Position numbers and translations under genes: made by a program. Below, in pieces: positions 32,101 to 45,014 of a stretch of DNA of 64,000 bases (the stretch's first letter is position 1; every line of letters starts with the position of its first letter). Under the pieces are notes generated by a model. It was not told the origin of the DNA, searched no databases, and was given only the letters and a program-made list of their open reading frames with translations. The stretch spans positions 1,302,001-1,366,000 of the forward strand of contig ML996688.1 in assembly GCA_010356995.1 (NCBI GenBank), given 5' to 3'. The stretch comes from Trichodelitschia bisporula (lineage: Eukaryota).

Positions 32101-34663
32101 TGGACCAGTAACTGGCCACTTTAGGCAAGCGTAACAGCGCGCCACAGGGTGACAAGGACCGCTTGTTGCTCCAGCCTTCTTATTCGTAGCGCACCATGCT
32201 TGCAGACGCCTGGCAGATTATTCCGGCGTTGAGTGCCGACTCATCAAGGAAATGAAAACGTGTGGGGAGTTAGGAGACGAGTTGTGGAGGCGACAGGCGT
32301 ATAACTTTTACGTTGAATGATGATGAGCGCCGGTGTGTCGCCGCAAATCGTTTGGCGCGGGGGCGGGGGCGGTTGCTACTGCGTGTGATGGACGATGTTC
32401 TGACACTCATCAGCTGTCGCAAATCACATCTGAGCATCTCTCGGACATTTCGCCCTTGACGGTTGATCGAATATTGGCTTCCAGGCAAGGATGGTTGGCG
32501 GCTGCGGAGTCTGATTGCAAGCATTCGAAGGGCCTTCGTTGGAGTGTTAAGTGGTTGGCTTCTCCCCCAGCACAGTTCTAGCTGTATGAGGCGGCTGTCA
32601 CCCATCCTATCCGACGCCAGCGCCCTTCAAAAGTCGTTCAGCATCACACCAACCCACGGGCGAATCCCACACTAGGTTGCTTAGGAGATTCTTTGTGTCC
32701 CCATCCAACACAACTCCACGTCTTCCACAATTCCACCCGCGCCACGAACCTCAAGCGGCTTTTTTATGGGTCTCAGCTTTGATTTGTGGAAAAGCAAGCA
32801 TCGACGCCATCCCACGGCCGTCCATCCAATCGCTGTGCGACCGAGTGAAGCCTCCGGTTGACCCTTACGCCTGCACGTCACCGTTTCTGTCCATCCGCAC
32901 TTGAAGGGTGTGCGCGAGTCTGACGACCTCACACACACACCCATCCTCATCCCCGGAATCCGCTTTCCCTACATTTTATACTAAGTCAAGAGCCGCTGGT
33001 GGATGCGCTGGATGACCTGGCAGGGTGAGCATCTGGCCAATTGACTCTATCTTTGCATATTCGCCTCTACCGTTATCGAGCTCGAGCATTCAGTAAAAAG
33101 ACGGTCGCCCAGCGACTGAGAAAAAAGCGTGCCTGGAGCAAGGTCTCCATGGGATAGTCCAAGGAGGAGAAGCCTTTATGCCGAAGCGAACATCCAGCTG
33201 TCGCCACCGGCTACCTCCGTATCAACTTGGGGAATTGATCACGCAATTGAAGGCACGATAAGAAACGTTCCGCCGCCTCTTTCGTTTGTCTCCTTCCTCC
33301 TCCTGTCCATCCTTCTTCCCTAGCCCGCTGAGGCGAGGGCCGTGAGACGAAGGATGAAATTGCAGGTTGGTGGTTCACTGGTGGACGGGCTCTAAGTGTA
33401 GCAGAAGTGTGGGACTGGATGGCGTTAATTATAACAACATTCAGGGACAACAAGCGCCTCTTGGGTCGTTTATGCTTGTTAGGGAGCAGCACCACCATCC
33501 CTTGATCCGAGCGCAGACCACTTTCAGACGTTGTGACATGCGCGATGGAACGAACCTCAAGTCTTCGCCGGGAGCTTCCTTGAGACTTCGCTCACCAACC
33601 TGCCAAATTCCCGCCTCCCCATGTAGTGGGAGATCTGCGCGCCCCCCCGCCATGGTGCTCTTCCGCATCTCCCACGCATTTGCGTTAGATGCCTCCCTGC
33701 TTTCAAACTCTCTGCTCTCTTGCTGGCTCGGACTTGGGACCAGGGGATCAAGGCAGCATGATTACCAACTAGCCAATGCTCGACAAGCAATACTCAATTA
33801 TACTGGAAATGCCGTTGCATTAACTTTATTCTGCGTTTTCGCCACACTTTCTTCATGCTCCTCTAACCCAAGCGACCTTTTTCCCATGCAGATCGGGGGA
33901 ATCCTTGGGCTCTTCTTTTAACACAAGTGGTTGTTGCCATTGCCCCTACTGTACTCTTCTAGCCTTTCTCCTTCTTCCCCCTCCCCCCATCCTCAACTCG
34001 GCACGAATTTCGGTAGTACCTGGTGGTGGCTATGTCCAGTTATTGCTGCATTTGGATGACGCAGCGGTAAGGGCAAGAATAAAGTTTGCGGCGTTGGCTC
34101 CGGGTTTGGATCTTTTATGGGCATACTCGTCTGAATGTGAGTAGGCCGGGACTATTTCCTTAAGAGCATATGTTACTGGGGGGCCTCGTATCGCCTCCTT
34201 CCCCTCTCTTTTTCTCTGCCCATGCGTTGAATTTGCCTCCCCCGATGAGTGTTGAGCTTCTGGACCTAAACTCTGCAAGCTACACCTGTTAAGACGAGGC
34301 AGGTGCTGGGTGCCTTGCTGGAAGCTCTTTGCATATCGCCATCGGTTATTGCCGGCGGGCCATTTACATGTCGGCGGACCCTCCTCCTCGTGTATGCCTA
34401 TTTTTTTTATTCCCTACGCTATATCGTCGCCTCCCAGACCGTGTTGGCCAAGTCGTCTAACAGGTTGCTGAGCTGCTCCAGAGATCGGGAAAACTTCGCG
34501 CATATTCCATGCAATTGCCGGCGACGACGCCTTTAATATCCCCGAAAAGCAGGCAACTGGACGTTTCATGGCTGTGGCGGAAACACGACGCGCCGGAGCA
34601 GATAGAGCGGTAAAGCATTGGGTTCCGGAGTCGCTAAGCAGCAACACGTTCGTGGTTGAAAGC

Positions 34664-36039
34664 ATGGTTGCCTTTGACCAGTCCTCTCAACCACCTGGAA
34701 CGATCAACGCGCATTTCGCCTCTTCACCCGAAAACCAAGAAAACCTCAACGCCTCCGAGATCGCAGGGCGGGACTCTACGATCAAAAAGCGTCGCCCTTC
34801 CAAAGTCCAAATAACCAGTGAGGTGCGGCGATCCGCATCCACGCCCCAAATCCGCGGCCTGGCTGAAAAGGACTCCGGCATGGGCTCGCCCACGGCCGCC
34901 GACAAACGACGCAACAAACTGGGATACCACCGGACCAGCGTCGCATGTGGTGAGTGTTAGCGGGTTGCGGTCGCAAGAGCGTGTTGCGCGGTGCGTGTCG
35001 CTAACCAGCATCACGTTTTCTAGGACATTGTCGCCGGAGGAAAATCCGATGCCTCCTTCCAAATCCCGAAGACATGCACGGCAGGTGCCTTAACTGTATC
35101 CGTCTGAAGAAAGAGTGTAACTTCCATCCCGTAAACAGCGAACAGCCGATGTCGACCGACGGACGAGGGCCAGGATCGCGAAAAGATACAGGTTCAGTCG
35201 CTCCATCATCATCAACCCAATCTTCTCCACGAGCGTCGATTCCCTCTCATCAGTCCACTGAAGAGCTAGCTGGGCTACCATACGCACAAGGCGGCCCTCA
35301 GTTCCAAGCCTACCCGGAAACAGACGCCTACGGTGTGCCGAACGCAAACGGTGGTAAGGTTTTTTTTTTTTGCGAGTGCTTTGCTTCTGTGCTCACCTAT
35401 CGTCTAGTTCCGTTGAGCGGTGTACCATACGGATTCCCACCAACAGCCTCGAACGGCACCTCGTGGAGTTCGCCACAAGGCTACCCCGGTTCCGGTGCGC
35501 CATCAGAAACCCCAGCAGACGCGTCGCCTTCACCGTATTGGACTTCACCTCAAGCCACCGCAGCTCCGGGTTACCCAGGGCAAACGCTTGCGCAAGTTCC
35601 GTCGACGTCTTTCGCTAACGGGTATGCGCTTCAGCAAGGCGGTCAGTGGGTACCGGCGCGATCAATGTCATTCGGCACGGCAGTGGACAGCCTTCCAGAG
35701 CACTACGCCTATCAGAGCTTCCGACCGCCCGGTGCAGCAGCACCTCAACCCGGCATGGAGTATGCAACGCCGCCGGTGGTTGGAAGCAACGGCTTAACTT
35801 CTGGAGTTGAAGCTGGTCACGGCATTGGCGCCTCGTCTGCTCCAGGCGGGCAGTTACCGTACGGCTACCCAGGGTGGGAACAGTTCGAATCTCCAACTGC
35901 GCTTCAGCCCAGCGCCATGAACGAAGATCCGTACTGGTATGCGACACAAGGCACATCCAGCAAACCTGAGCAGGCCTTCGCAGCCGCGCATTACGCCGAA
36001 TCGAGACCATTTTACCCACCTGGATCGGGCGCCGGTTGA
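34664..36039 (+). CDS. Zn(II)2Cys6 transcription factor (exons 34664-34949, 35024-35353, 35408-36039; alternative upstream ATG at 34568)
   Basis: Splicing yields KRRNKLGYHRTSVACGHCRRRKIRCLLPNPEDMHGRCLNCIRLKKEC, a complete binuclear cluster, followed by a low-complexity P/S/Q/Y region. Confidence 0.92.
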
Positions 36040-36536
36040 GCTTGCGACGCCGCGACTTTGAAACTCAAAACACTCGGCCTCCTGAATTCGGATGCATATT
36101 ACTCAACACTGCACCAGTCCGTACGCCTCACACCTTGGCGCTTTGCATCAAAGTCGCCTCGCACTTCGCCATCACGGCTCTTCTTTAGGCTCTACGTTTT
36201 CTATAGATTTGAGAGGGACTGGCGTTTGAGACGTCCGCCACCGATTAACTTTTGACCTAGTGCGCTCCAGAAAGGATACGACACTTAGGTGGCCATTTAT
36301 GTTCTTTGCTTTCCTCTCGTTGCATGAGGCTCTTCTTATTCATCGTGCGTTTTGGCGTTTTCCTAAGACAGGTCTCAACGGTTGGGCTGTCACTTGTCAA
36401 CGTACGAGATACATGCATGATGGTACGGGGCTGGGCATTAAAAACGTTTCAGATTTTGTATTATCACGGATTTACGGGTAAATGGAACTCGGGGCGACTG
36501 TAACAAGATGGACCACCATGGAATGGGGGAATGGAT

Positions 36537-36603
<67 letters not shown>

Positions 36604-36620
36604 GGGGGGGGGGGGGGGGG
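36537..36620. repeat. Poly-G homopolymer (66 G, T, 17 G)
   Basis: Directly visible, about 500 nt downstream of the TF stop codon. Confidence 0.9.
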
Positions 36621-39600
36621 TGCGGGTTCTCGTTTTCACTCATTACACTGGATTTTCCTGACTTGCGCAAGATACCAACCTATTTCCATTGCCAAAAGCG
36701 AGAGAGCTATCGGTCCGATGCCGCGATGGAGAGGGATGGGCAGGCGCGTGTGGTGTGTCCACGCTGTGCTACAGTACCCTTACTGTCTCATTCTTGTTCC
36801 TACCCTTTAAAAGGGGAGGCCGTGTGGATGAACTTGGGAGGGAATCCCTTTCTTGTGCATAACCCCACCCTGCCGCTCAGATGCTCTGGACCGAGCATTC
36901 GGCAGTGGAATCACGTTTGAATGCTGAAATTCAAGCCAGATGGCAACCCCGTGCACATGGGGGCGCGCTACCTCTTGCCCCCGCGTTACAGTAAGCGTCC
37001 GGGAAAAGTAATGACGCACACACGAGGCGCATCGGGTGGCGTGCCGCGGCTTTTGAAGCGGCATACTGCCAGTGAAAAGCAACTTTTCACCCCGTGAGGA
37101 TTTGACCGAGGAGGACGCTGGCTGGCTGCGGTACCCGCCGTCGGCGCGCAAAAAGGCGAATCGGGAACCGGCACACTTGGACGACTTGGCTGGCGGACGC
37201 CGCGTTTGGGGCGCCTGTGGGTTGTACGCTTGACTTTCCAACGCTTTGGTTACGCACTTTATGACGGCGAGAATTGAGATGTTGGTAGTGGGGAGGTTGA
37301 CAAGGCGCGGATGGAATGTCACAGGAAGGCAGGTCCTTCCGTCGGTAACATGTACGTGTTACGTCATAAGTCTGTGGGGGGGGGTGGAAAGAACGAAGGA
37401 CAAAGGTCAATTGACATGTCAGGCTTCAAGGCGCCACGAAACTGTTGTCTGTTCATCAATCAATGGGTGTCGAAGAACGGTGAAGATTTTGCACCTTTTC
37501 CTTCCTTTTACGAGAACTGCACCTGGACCGTTGCGTTGCAATGCAGACACGACTGCCGACCTGACCAATCACGACGCCTCATCATTCTCGAAATGCAACC
37601 TCAACGCGAAGCTGAGGATTCGCCAACTCCATTCCCTCTCCCCACAACGCTCTACGCTTGATGCTCCCGAAGGATGATGACCAGCGAACAGGAACACCAT
37701 GTGACGCACAACATCCGCAGCAATCCTCTCAAACACCGAAGCTGCACGCAGTTGGCTCTCTTCCAGCCTACATCCATAGTCTACTGCGTAGACCTCCAAC
37801 ACGCTTAGAACTAAATCTCGCCGTACGCATCTCACACCGCGCCCTGGATGCATCGCCCATTACCCAAACGAGTATTTCTATCTGCAAGATGCGAGATGGG
37901 GAGCTGATCGTGGCGCTTCCCGTTTACGGCCGTTTTGCGACTGGTCTTTTTTTCTTCGCTCCTCCGTTACTTCTTCCACGTCGCGCACCATGACCACATC
38001 TATTCCCCTGAGCTCATTTTGTCCATGGTGGCGTGGTGAATGATCCGTCGCGGTAGCTGGCGAATTGCGCGCGACTGATGCAGGATACCGGTGACGAGTT
38101 TGGCACCGAAGGCACTCAATCACAACGCCTCACGGCCCGTGCGGAGTGACAAGAGGGTACCGACCATCCACGTCGCAGAGGAAGAAGTCCTTGCTCCGAG
38201 CTCACGGGCTTCCATTACCGGCTCGCTCGGGAAGCCGGCGACGAGCTCGGCCTGCGCTTCCCTAGCTGCAAGAAGAACGGGTCGCGCCGAGGAAGAGAGA
38301 TTGACGGCAGTTGCCGTTGGCTTTGTTGTGGTGCTGCGCTCAGCCTTATCGACCTCGACAGCGAAGAACCCATCACGGAATAGGTAAAGCTTGGTTCCAC
38401 AACCATCATCCTTCGCATCGCCCAACCCACTTCCATGCTCCGATATCCTCAGTAGTTACCCTTTGTCACCACCACGAAATCCTGCCTTCGGTTCTTCATC
38501 TCCGTGTGGTTGGGATGTCATGCTCCCACGATCCAAATCATTGGAAGTCGCCGGACAGGCGCACTTGATCCTACGCGCTTAAGCACTCCTCGGCTAGCCG
38601 AACGGTCGACGCCAGGGTGCCGATACAGGCTGGAGGATCGTGTGCCGGCGACCTGAGACGGAATGTAGAACTAGAAAGTCACCCCTGGGTCCGGTCTAGC
38701 TGTCACTGGCTGTTCAGCCTCGCAGTACTCGCTACCTGTCCGCTGTCCGCTCCTAAAGGATTTAACCCGCATTCTATCCTTCTTAGGCCAATTTACTCCG
38801 TCCAGGTCTCGCTAAATCTATCCTTCAGGATGCGAACCCCTCCACTAACGCCGGCTTCAATCTCTTCCGCCTGCTAAATCCGCCTGGCGAGCAAAATGCA
38901 CTAGATCAGAAGGTCAATATGCATCCCGAAGCAGCAATACCTCTCTGTTCCACGACATCGCAGTGCCGCTACGGGGAGGGAGTGCAAGGCATGAGTTCCG
39001 CACAAAGAGTATTCCAGTATCCCAGTCTGCTTAGAATAGCCTGACTCGACACGCCTGCATCGGTGGCAGCGATATCCACAACTCAACGCGCATAGCCCTC
39101 GATCTCCTTGCGCACAGAATTCCAGATACCAGGTCCCAATTCCAGATTCCATTTCCGATTTCCAACGCTGCGCCCTCACGTGGCCAAGGCCACCACCCGG
39201 CCCGGTCGCCGTCATGATTTGTCGCCGCCCGGAGACCCGAGATGCAACGACGGAGTACCAAGCCGGACGCAGCGAGGTTTCGGTGCAATCTCCGATGCGC
39301 TGCATTAGGCCTTGCAGCCATGCTGATGCTGGGGGGCGGCGTGGGTCTATGGAATCGATGGGAGCGGGCCGAGGGCGTTGGCCTCCCCCACCCCCGGCCC
39401 CCACGGTTCGCGGCTTACGGTGGGGCATCAGCGCCGTTGCACTGCGGCATGCCCGCTAGAGATGGGGCCCGCGCGGCTGGGCTGGGATAGGCACCAGGCA
39501 GGGGCGGTGGGGTGCTGATTATGGAGTAGTGAAAGAGGAAGTTGCTCGTTTGAGATGGGCGATTACTGATCGTCCCCTTCTGCGTTCTTCTAATCAGCAT

Positions 39601-39799
39601 CACGCACTCACGTGCGGCTTGGGTTCAAAGAGTGAAGTATCTCGCATTTCGTTCCGACCTCTTGACAAGGACCATATTCCCAAAGGAGCGTACTCGAACA
39701 AACACCGGTAACGCCCTTGCACAGCCAGCAACCTGTTAACCACCCATCCAGCTCAAAGCCTGGCAACCCATATTTCAAATCTCAAACACCGATGTCCAC

Positions 39800-42034
39800 T
39801 TACAGATCCAACTTCCATTCCTGATTCTCCTCCTCTACCTCCTCCTCTACCTCCTCCTCTACTTCCACCTCTACCTTCTTCTCCTTCTCCTCAAGTTCTT
39901 CCGCCAACGGCCCCATCCGCTCCAGAAACTCACCGAGCTCCATCTCGCTCTTCCCATCCCAAAACCCGAGGCTCGACGCGCCAAGGACGCCCGGGACCTT
40001 ACGCGGCGGCAGTATGACGCTGTTAACTACCTGAATGACTCCATCACGAGCGAGGCCGTCTTGCACCGCGACACGCACAAAGGCATTTATCTTGATACTG
40101 GTCCACGGCCCATGGCGCACAATATCAATCGCCAGACTCCGCCCGTCAAGCGCCGTCGGCAGGTCCAGGTGCCAGTATGGTAGGCGGCGTGTGTCAACGT
40201 CTGCCTTGCCCGGCGGTGCGTAGTAGACAGTCGAGTAAAGAGTGTGGTTCGCGACGAGGTGGTACTCGAGCAGCGCGGTGAGGTACTTGTGACCCGGGGG
40301 ACTGAAAAGGAAGGCGTTGATTTTGGGGCCGAGTTTCTTGAATGCCAGGTTTGAGGGCGCAAAGAGCGTGCCGCCTGTACGATTGTGGGTGGCTACGGCG
40401 TGCGCGAGGCCGGTCTTGTAGAGCCCGAGTTGGAGGGTGCTGAATTCTGTGGGGAAGAGGTTGAGGACGCGAAGGGCGGTGGGTGGTGGGAAGAGGATCT
40501 TCTCGACGCCGTGGATGAGACCATTTGTTGCGGGCTGGGTGGGGGGTTAGCGCTGCTTGCCAGGTGGGGAAGAAGGGTCAGCAGGACTTACGATGTTGGC
40601 AGCGACGACCCTGCTATAGTGGTTGATTATGACGCCACGCAGGCGCAGGGTAGCCCCGAGCCGCTGCGGCTTGCCGCCGAGCGACGTTTCATTGAGCAGT
40701 GTGGGAGCAGTGTGGCTAAAGAGCAGTCTGCCGGCGGGCCACCAGCCAGGTGCAATATGATAGAGAAGAATAGCCTTGAGATACTTATCGGGAAACTTGT
40801 CGGGAATAGCCTTGTCAATCGGGGCAAAGAGAGTGAAGTTAGCCGAGGTGCTGTTGAGCAGAGCCACCAGTTCCTTGTCCTCGGCCACGATCTTTGCGAG
40901 CTTGGTTGTGTACTTGGACGTCGAGATCAGTTCGTAGATGGTCTTGTTCGGCTTGTGGTGGTGGGGTGGGTGGTGGGGTGGGCGGTGGTGCGGGAACTTG
41001 GGCGGGAACTTAGGCGGGAACTTGGGCGGGAAGCGGCCCTTTCCGGGAGGGTGGTGAGGGCGTTTCGGTCCCTTTGGGCCCTTAGGGGGAGGAGGAGGAT
41101 GGCCAGGCGGGCCATCGCACGGTGGTTCTCCATGAGGCGGGCCCTCAGCTGGAGGACCTGCAAACGGAGGTACGTGTTGCCCAGGCCCCTCCGATAGAGG
41201 CTTGTCATGTACTGGCCCAGCCCATGGAGAAGGAGGTTGCGGGCGCCCCGCACTATGTTGAATATCATGCGGAGGTCCGGCGGCCGGATGGCCCAGGGGC
41301 ATTCGAGAATCAGATCGAAAAGCCTGCTTGGGAGGGCCGTCAGACAGTTGACCCGGATGCGGATCTCCATCAGATCGGAGTCCACGATGCCGTAGTCCTC
41401 CCGACCCATAATCAGATCGGAAATCCAGCTTGGGATGGCCGTCAGACGATTGAGCAAGGCGTTGATCTCCGTCAGACCGGAGTCCATGATATCGTAGTTT
41501 CCCCGACGGGACTCCATGGTGTGGGCGTTCGTCAGAGGGGGGAGTATGGCACGAAGGTTCATCAGATGGCGGTCCGTGGTGCGGGGCTTTATTTATGGGA
41601 GGTCCATGGTGCGGAGGTTCGGGGCGGGGGAGATGCCACGGCGCACCATTACGCGTACCCGGCGGTGGTTTGGGTAGGTCCCAGAACCTGGTGCGAGGCT
41701 CGTGGCCATGTTCTAGCCAGGCCTTGACAGCGTTCGCGTGGTCGGGTCCCTCGTGGGAGCGACCTTCGTGGTCGAATGCGGGGTTGCGGTGGTGCTTCTT
41801 TTGCGACTCAATCGCTGCGTCAATGGGATGCTTGTGCGAGTATGATGCACCATGGTGCTGGCAGTCGTGCGGTTGCTTGCCCAAGTTCTTGAGCCGGCCG
41901 ACGAAGGACGTCTTGTGCTTCAGCTGGGCCGGTTGCGGCTGCGCCTGGGCGGCAAGCTCATTGAGGACATGCTGCTCGGGCACGATAAAGGCGGCGCCCA
42001 AAGTGGCGATGGACAGAAGGTGAAGGGCCTTCAT
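39800..42034 (-). CDS. Secreted fasciclin (FAS1) domain protein with His/Pro-rich N-terminal region (exons 42034-40592, 40534-39800)
   Basis: Signal peptide MKALHLLSIATLGAAF; FAS1 motifs TIYELI..NFTLFAP..ILLYHI..ANIPATNGLIHGV and a second repeat ending DGLARDGVIQVVNSVILPP. Confidence 0.9.
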
Positions 42035-42913
42035 CTTCACAGATTGAAGGGGCGAAAGCGAACTGGAAGAAGTTCAAACTTCCTGGGAAAACGTGTAGGC
42101 ACCAGGCTGCTGGGGAGGTCGTTAGCTAAAGAGGGGAAGATGGATGGAGTGAGTGGTAAGGCGGGGAACCAAGGACGCGTACGCAGATGCTGCTTGGGCG
42201 AATGAGAGCGAGGAATTCAACGCCCTAGGGTCGAGCTATGCCGGCCTTGCTGGAGCTCGTCACTTTTGAAGCTTGAAAGGCCGCAGTGATACTGACACTC
42301 CACTTCACTCGAGGGAGGGAGAATCGCGATATTTTAAACTAGTTTACCCCTTATCTGCTCTCGCACCGCCATCCTATGGATTCGAAGGAGACAGTTGTAG
42401 TTCTGGAGCATATCACGTTACAGTACATCGAGGAGCAAGTCTCGCAGATATGATGGAAACCCCACGTTCGGACGATCAGGCGGACTGTGCGCCGGTCGTC
42501 TCTCTTAAGCTCAAGGGCTACGGGCTGGGCAAGGCACTACGTCCACCACACCACACGAGGCTGAGATCGAAACATGTTCAAACACGAGCATTTCTTCCGA
42601 TTGGAACCTCCAAGTTTCCTATTAGGTGATGTGATGAGCAGCAAAGAAGAAGCTTTCTTGACACATCGCCCCATCTGCCAAGAAACCGGTTTGCTCTCCC
42701 GTCAACGTCTCACCACCTCTGCACACCCATAACGACGTCATTTATGCGTAGTGATATACTTACCCCACAGAACGTATTTGCCATGGAAGTGGAACACTGC
42801 GGCAAACGGTTAAAAGCTCTTCGGCTTCAAAATCACTTCATTGTAGTTTCATTGAGCCTAGAAGGAACCTCACAGCTCTCCATCCGCAATCGCACATCCA
42901 GCCTGACGCTACC

Positions 42914-44852
42914 ATGTCTCTCTCCCGCCACGTGCGTTGCTCGGCCTCACTCCATATATTCTACCTTACCATGCTAAACGAAGCTCCAGATTGACCCAGA
43001 GGAGCTCGTCGAGCACCTCAAGGACACCGCCTTCTCGGCGCGCGGCAAGACCGCTGGCATAGGGTCCACCCACATCTCGCACAGCTCCTCCGCAAACCCC
43101 GCCGAAGGGCTACAGTTGACGAAACATGTCATCCCAAAAGAAACCTCACCACCGGAGGCCGTGTATGACGCAATCCACTACGAGCTCGAGCTCGACAGCA
43201 CGCCCAACCTCAACCTGGCCAGCTTCGTTGCCACGGAAATGGAACCCTGGGCCCGTAAATTGGTGGTGGAGAATCTGGGGAAGAATATGGCGGATGCGGA
43301 TGCTTATCAGAGTATGTGTCCCCCGGCCTTGTCAGGTATGTATCGTTTTGCTGAGTGCGGAAAGCGATGCAGGATATGCACGCGCGCTGTGTGTCTATCC
43401 TTGCCAATCTGTGGAACGTCCAAAAGGGAGAAAAGGCCATCGGTACCGCGACCACAGGCTCGTCGGAAGCTATCCACCTCGGTGGTCTGGCCATGAAGCG
43501 CCGATGGCAGGAGAAACGCAAGGCGGAAGGCAAAGACACTCTGCACCCTAACATCATCATGGGAGCAAACGCACAAGTCGCCCTCGAAAAGTTCGCCCGA
43601 TACTTCGAGGTTGAGCCTCGCATCCTACCCGTCAGCGCGAAGAGCCAGTACCGCCTTGACCCCGATCTGGTCAAGGAAAACCTGGACGAGAACACCATCG
43701 GCATCTTCGTGATCCTGGGGTCGACGTATACGGGACACTATGAGCCCGTGGAGGAAATCCATGGTATCCTTGACGTAATGGGCGTCTAGTCGTTCCTCGT
43801 GATCGTTTCTGACGTACCTCAGGAATTCGAGAAGAAAACCGGCATCTACATCCCAATCCATGTCGACGCCGCCAGCGGTGGCTTCATCGCTCCTTTCACC
43901 CACGCAAAGGCTGGCTTCAAGTGGTACGCTGATCCCGGTCCCTCGCCTTCCCAAAGAACCCCCACTGACCCCCGCAGGGACTTCTCCCTCCCCCGTGTGC
44001 ACTCCATCAACGTCTCCGGCCACAAATACGGCCTCGTCTACCCCGGCCTCGGCTGGATCGTGTGGCGCGACGAGCAATACCTCCCCAAGCACCTGATCTT
44101 CGAGCTCAGCTACCTGGGCGGCACGGAGGAGTCGTACACGCTCAACTTCTCCCGCCCCGGTGCGCAGGTCATCGCGCAGTACTACAACCTGATGCGCTTC
44201 GGCTTCAAGGGATACCGCGACATTGCCGAGACAACGCTCTCGAATGCGCGCCTCCTCAGTGACGCCCTCGAGGCGACGGGCTGGTTCAGATGCCTCAGCA
44301 GCATTCATCGCAAGAAGGGCGACTTGGAGTATCGTCCCGGGAAGAAGCCGTTCCAGGGCCGCAGCAGCGCCGATTTTAACCCTGGCTTGCCCGTCGTGGC
44401 GTTCACGCTGACGGATGAGTTCAAGAAGGAGAATCCGCATGTCAAGCAGGTGACGATTAGCAAGTTGCTGCATGCGAAGCGGTATTGTGTTCCGAGTACG
44501 TTCGTCCCCGGGTGCGTCCCTGTCATTGTCAGCTGACCTGTTGGTAGACTATGCGCTTCCCCCCAAAGAGCAAGATACCGAAATCATGCGCATCGTTATC
44601 CGCGAGACCATGCAGCTGGAGCTGCTGGATCGCCTTATTGCCGACATTTGCTCTGTCACCGAGACCGTCATGTCGACCGACACCTTCGACCTGTCGGCCT
44701 GGCAGCCCTACTCGACCAGTGTTGAGAAGGAGGTTCAGAACATGGGCAACACTGCGAAGGCAAAAATAAAGAATCTAGAAGGGAAGGTCGGGGCAGAGAA
44801 GAAAAAGGAGAAGGAGCTGAAGAACCACGGTATTCATCGCAGCGTGTGCTAG
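42914..44852 (+). CDS. GAD1: Glutamate decarboxylase (PLP-dependent); exons 42914-42931, 42990-43311, 43365-43774, 43823-43923, 43978-44495, 44548-44852
   Basis: PNLNLASFV, TTGSSEAI, IHVDAASGGF, SINVSGHKYG (PLP lysine) and TLNFSRP motifs. Intron 2 requires an AAG acceptor. Confidence 0.95.
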
Positions 44853-45014
44853 AGGGAAAACATGGTGGACGACGTACCCACATGCTAGCAATTGACACGT
44901 TTGGACCTAAACTCCATGTCTAGCAGAACTATTAAATGAGGGGTATAAAAAAGCACAAGAGAATCGCACCCTCTAACAGCACCAAACGCTAGCTGATGCA
45001 GTAGCTAATCGTCC

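Noticed and set aside
32318..32403. Box C/D snoRNA candidate (ATGATGA..CTGA)
   Set aside because: No terminal stem or recognisable rRNA guide; these boxes occur readily by chance.
29000..39700. Telomerase RNA in the long intergenic regions
   Set aside because: No 1.5-repeat TAACCCTAA-type template was found on either strand.
43336..43364. Alternative GTATGT donor in GAD intron 2 adding 8 aa
   Set aside because: The residual intron would be only 29 nt, too short for normal splicing.
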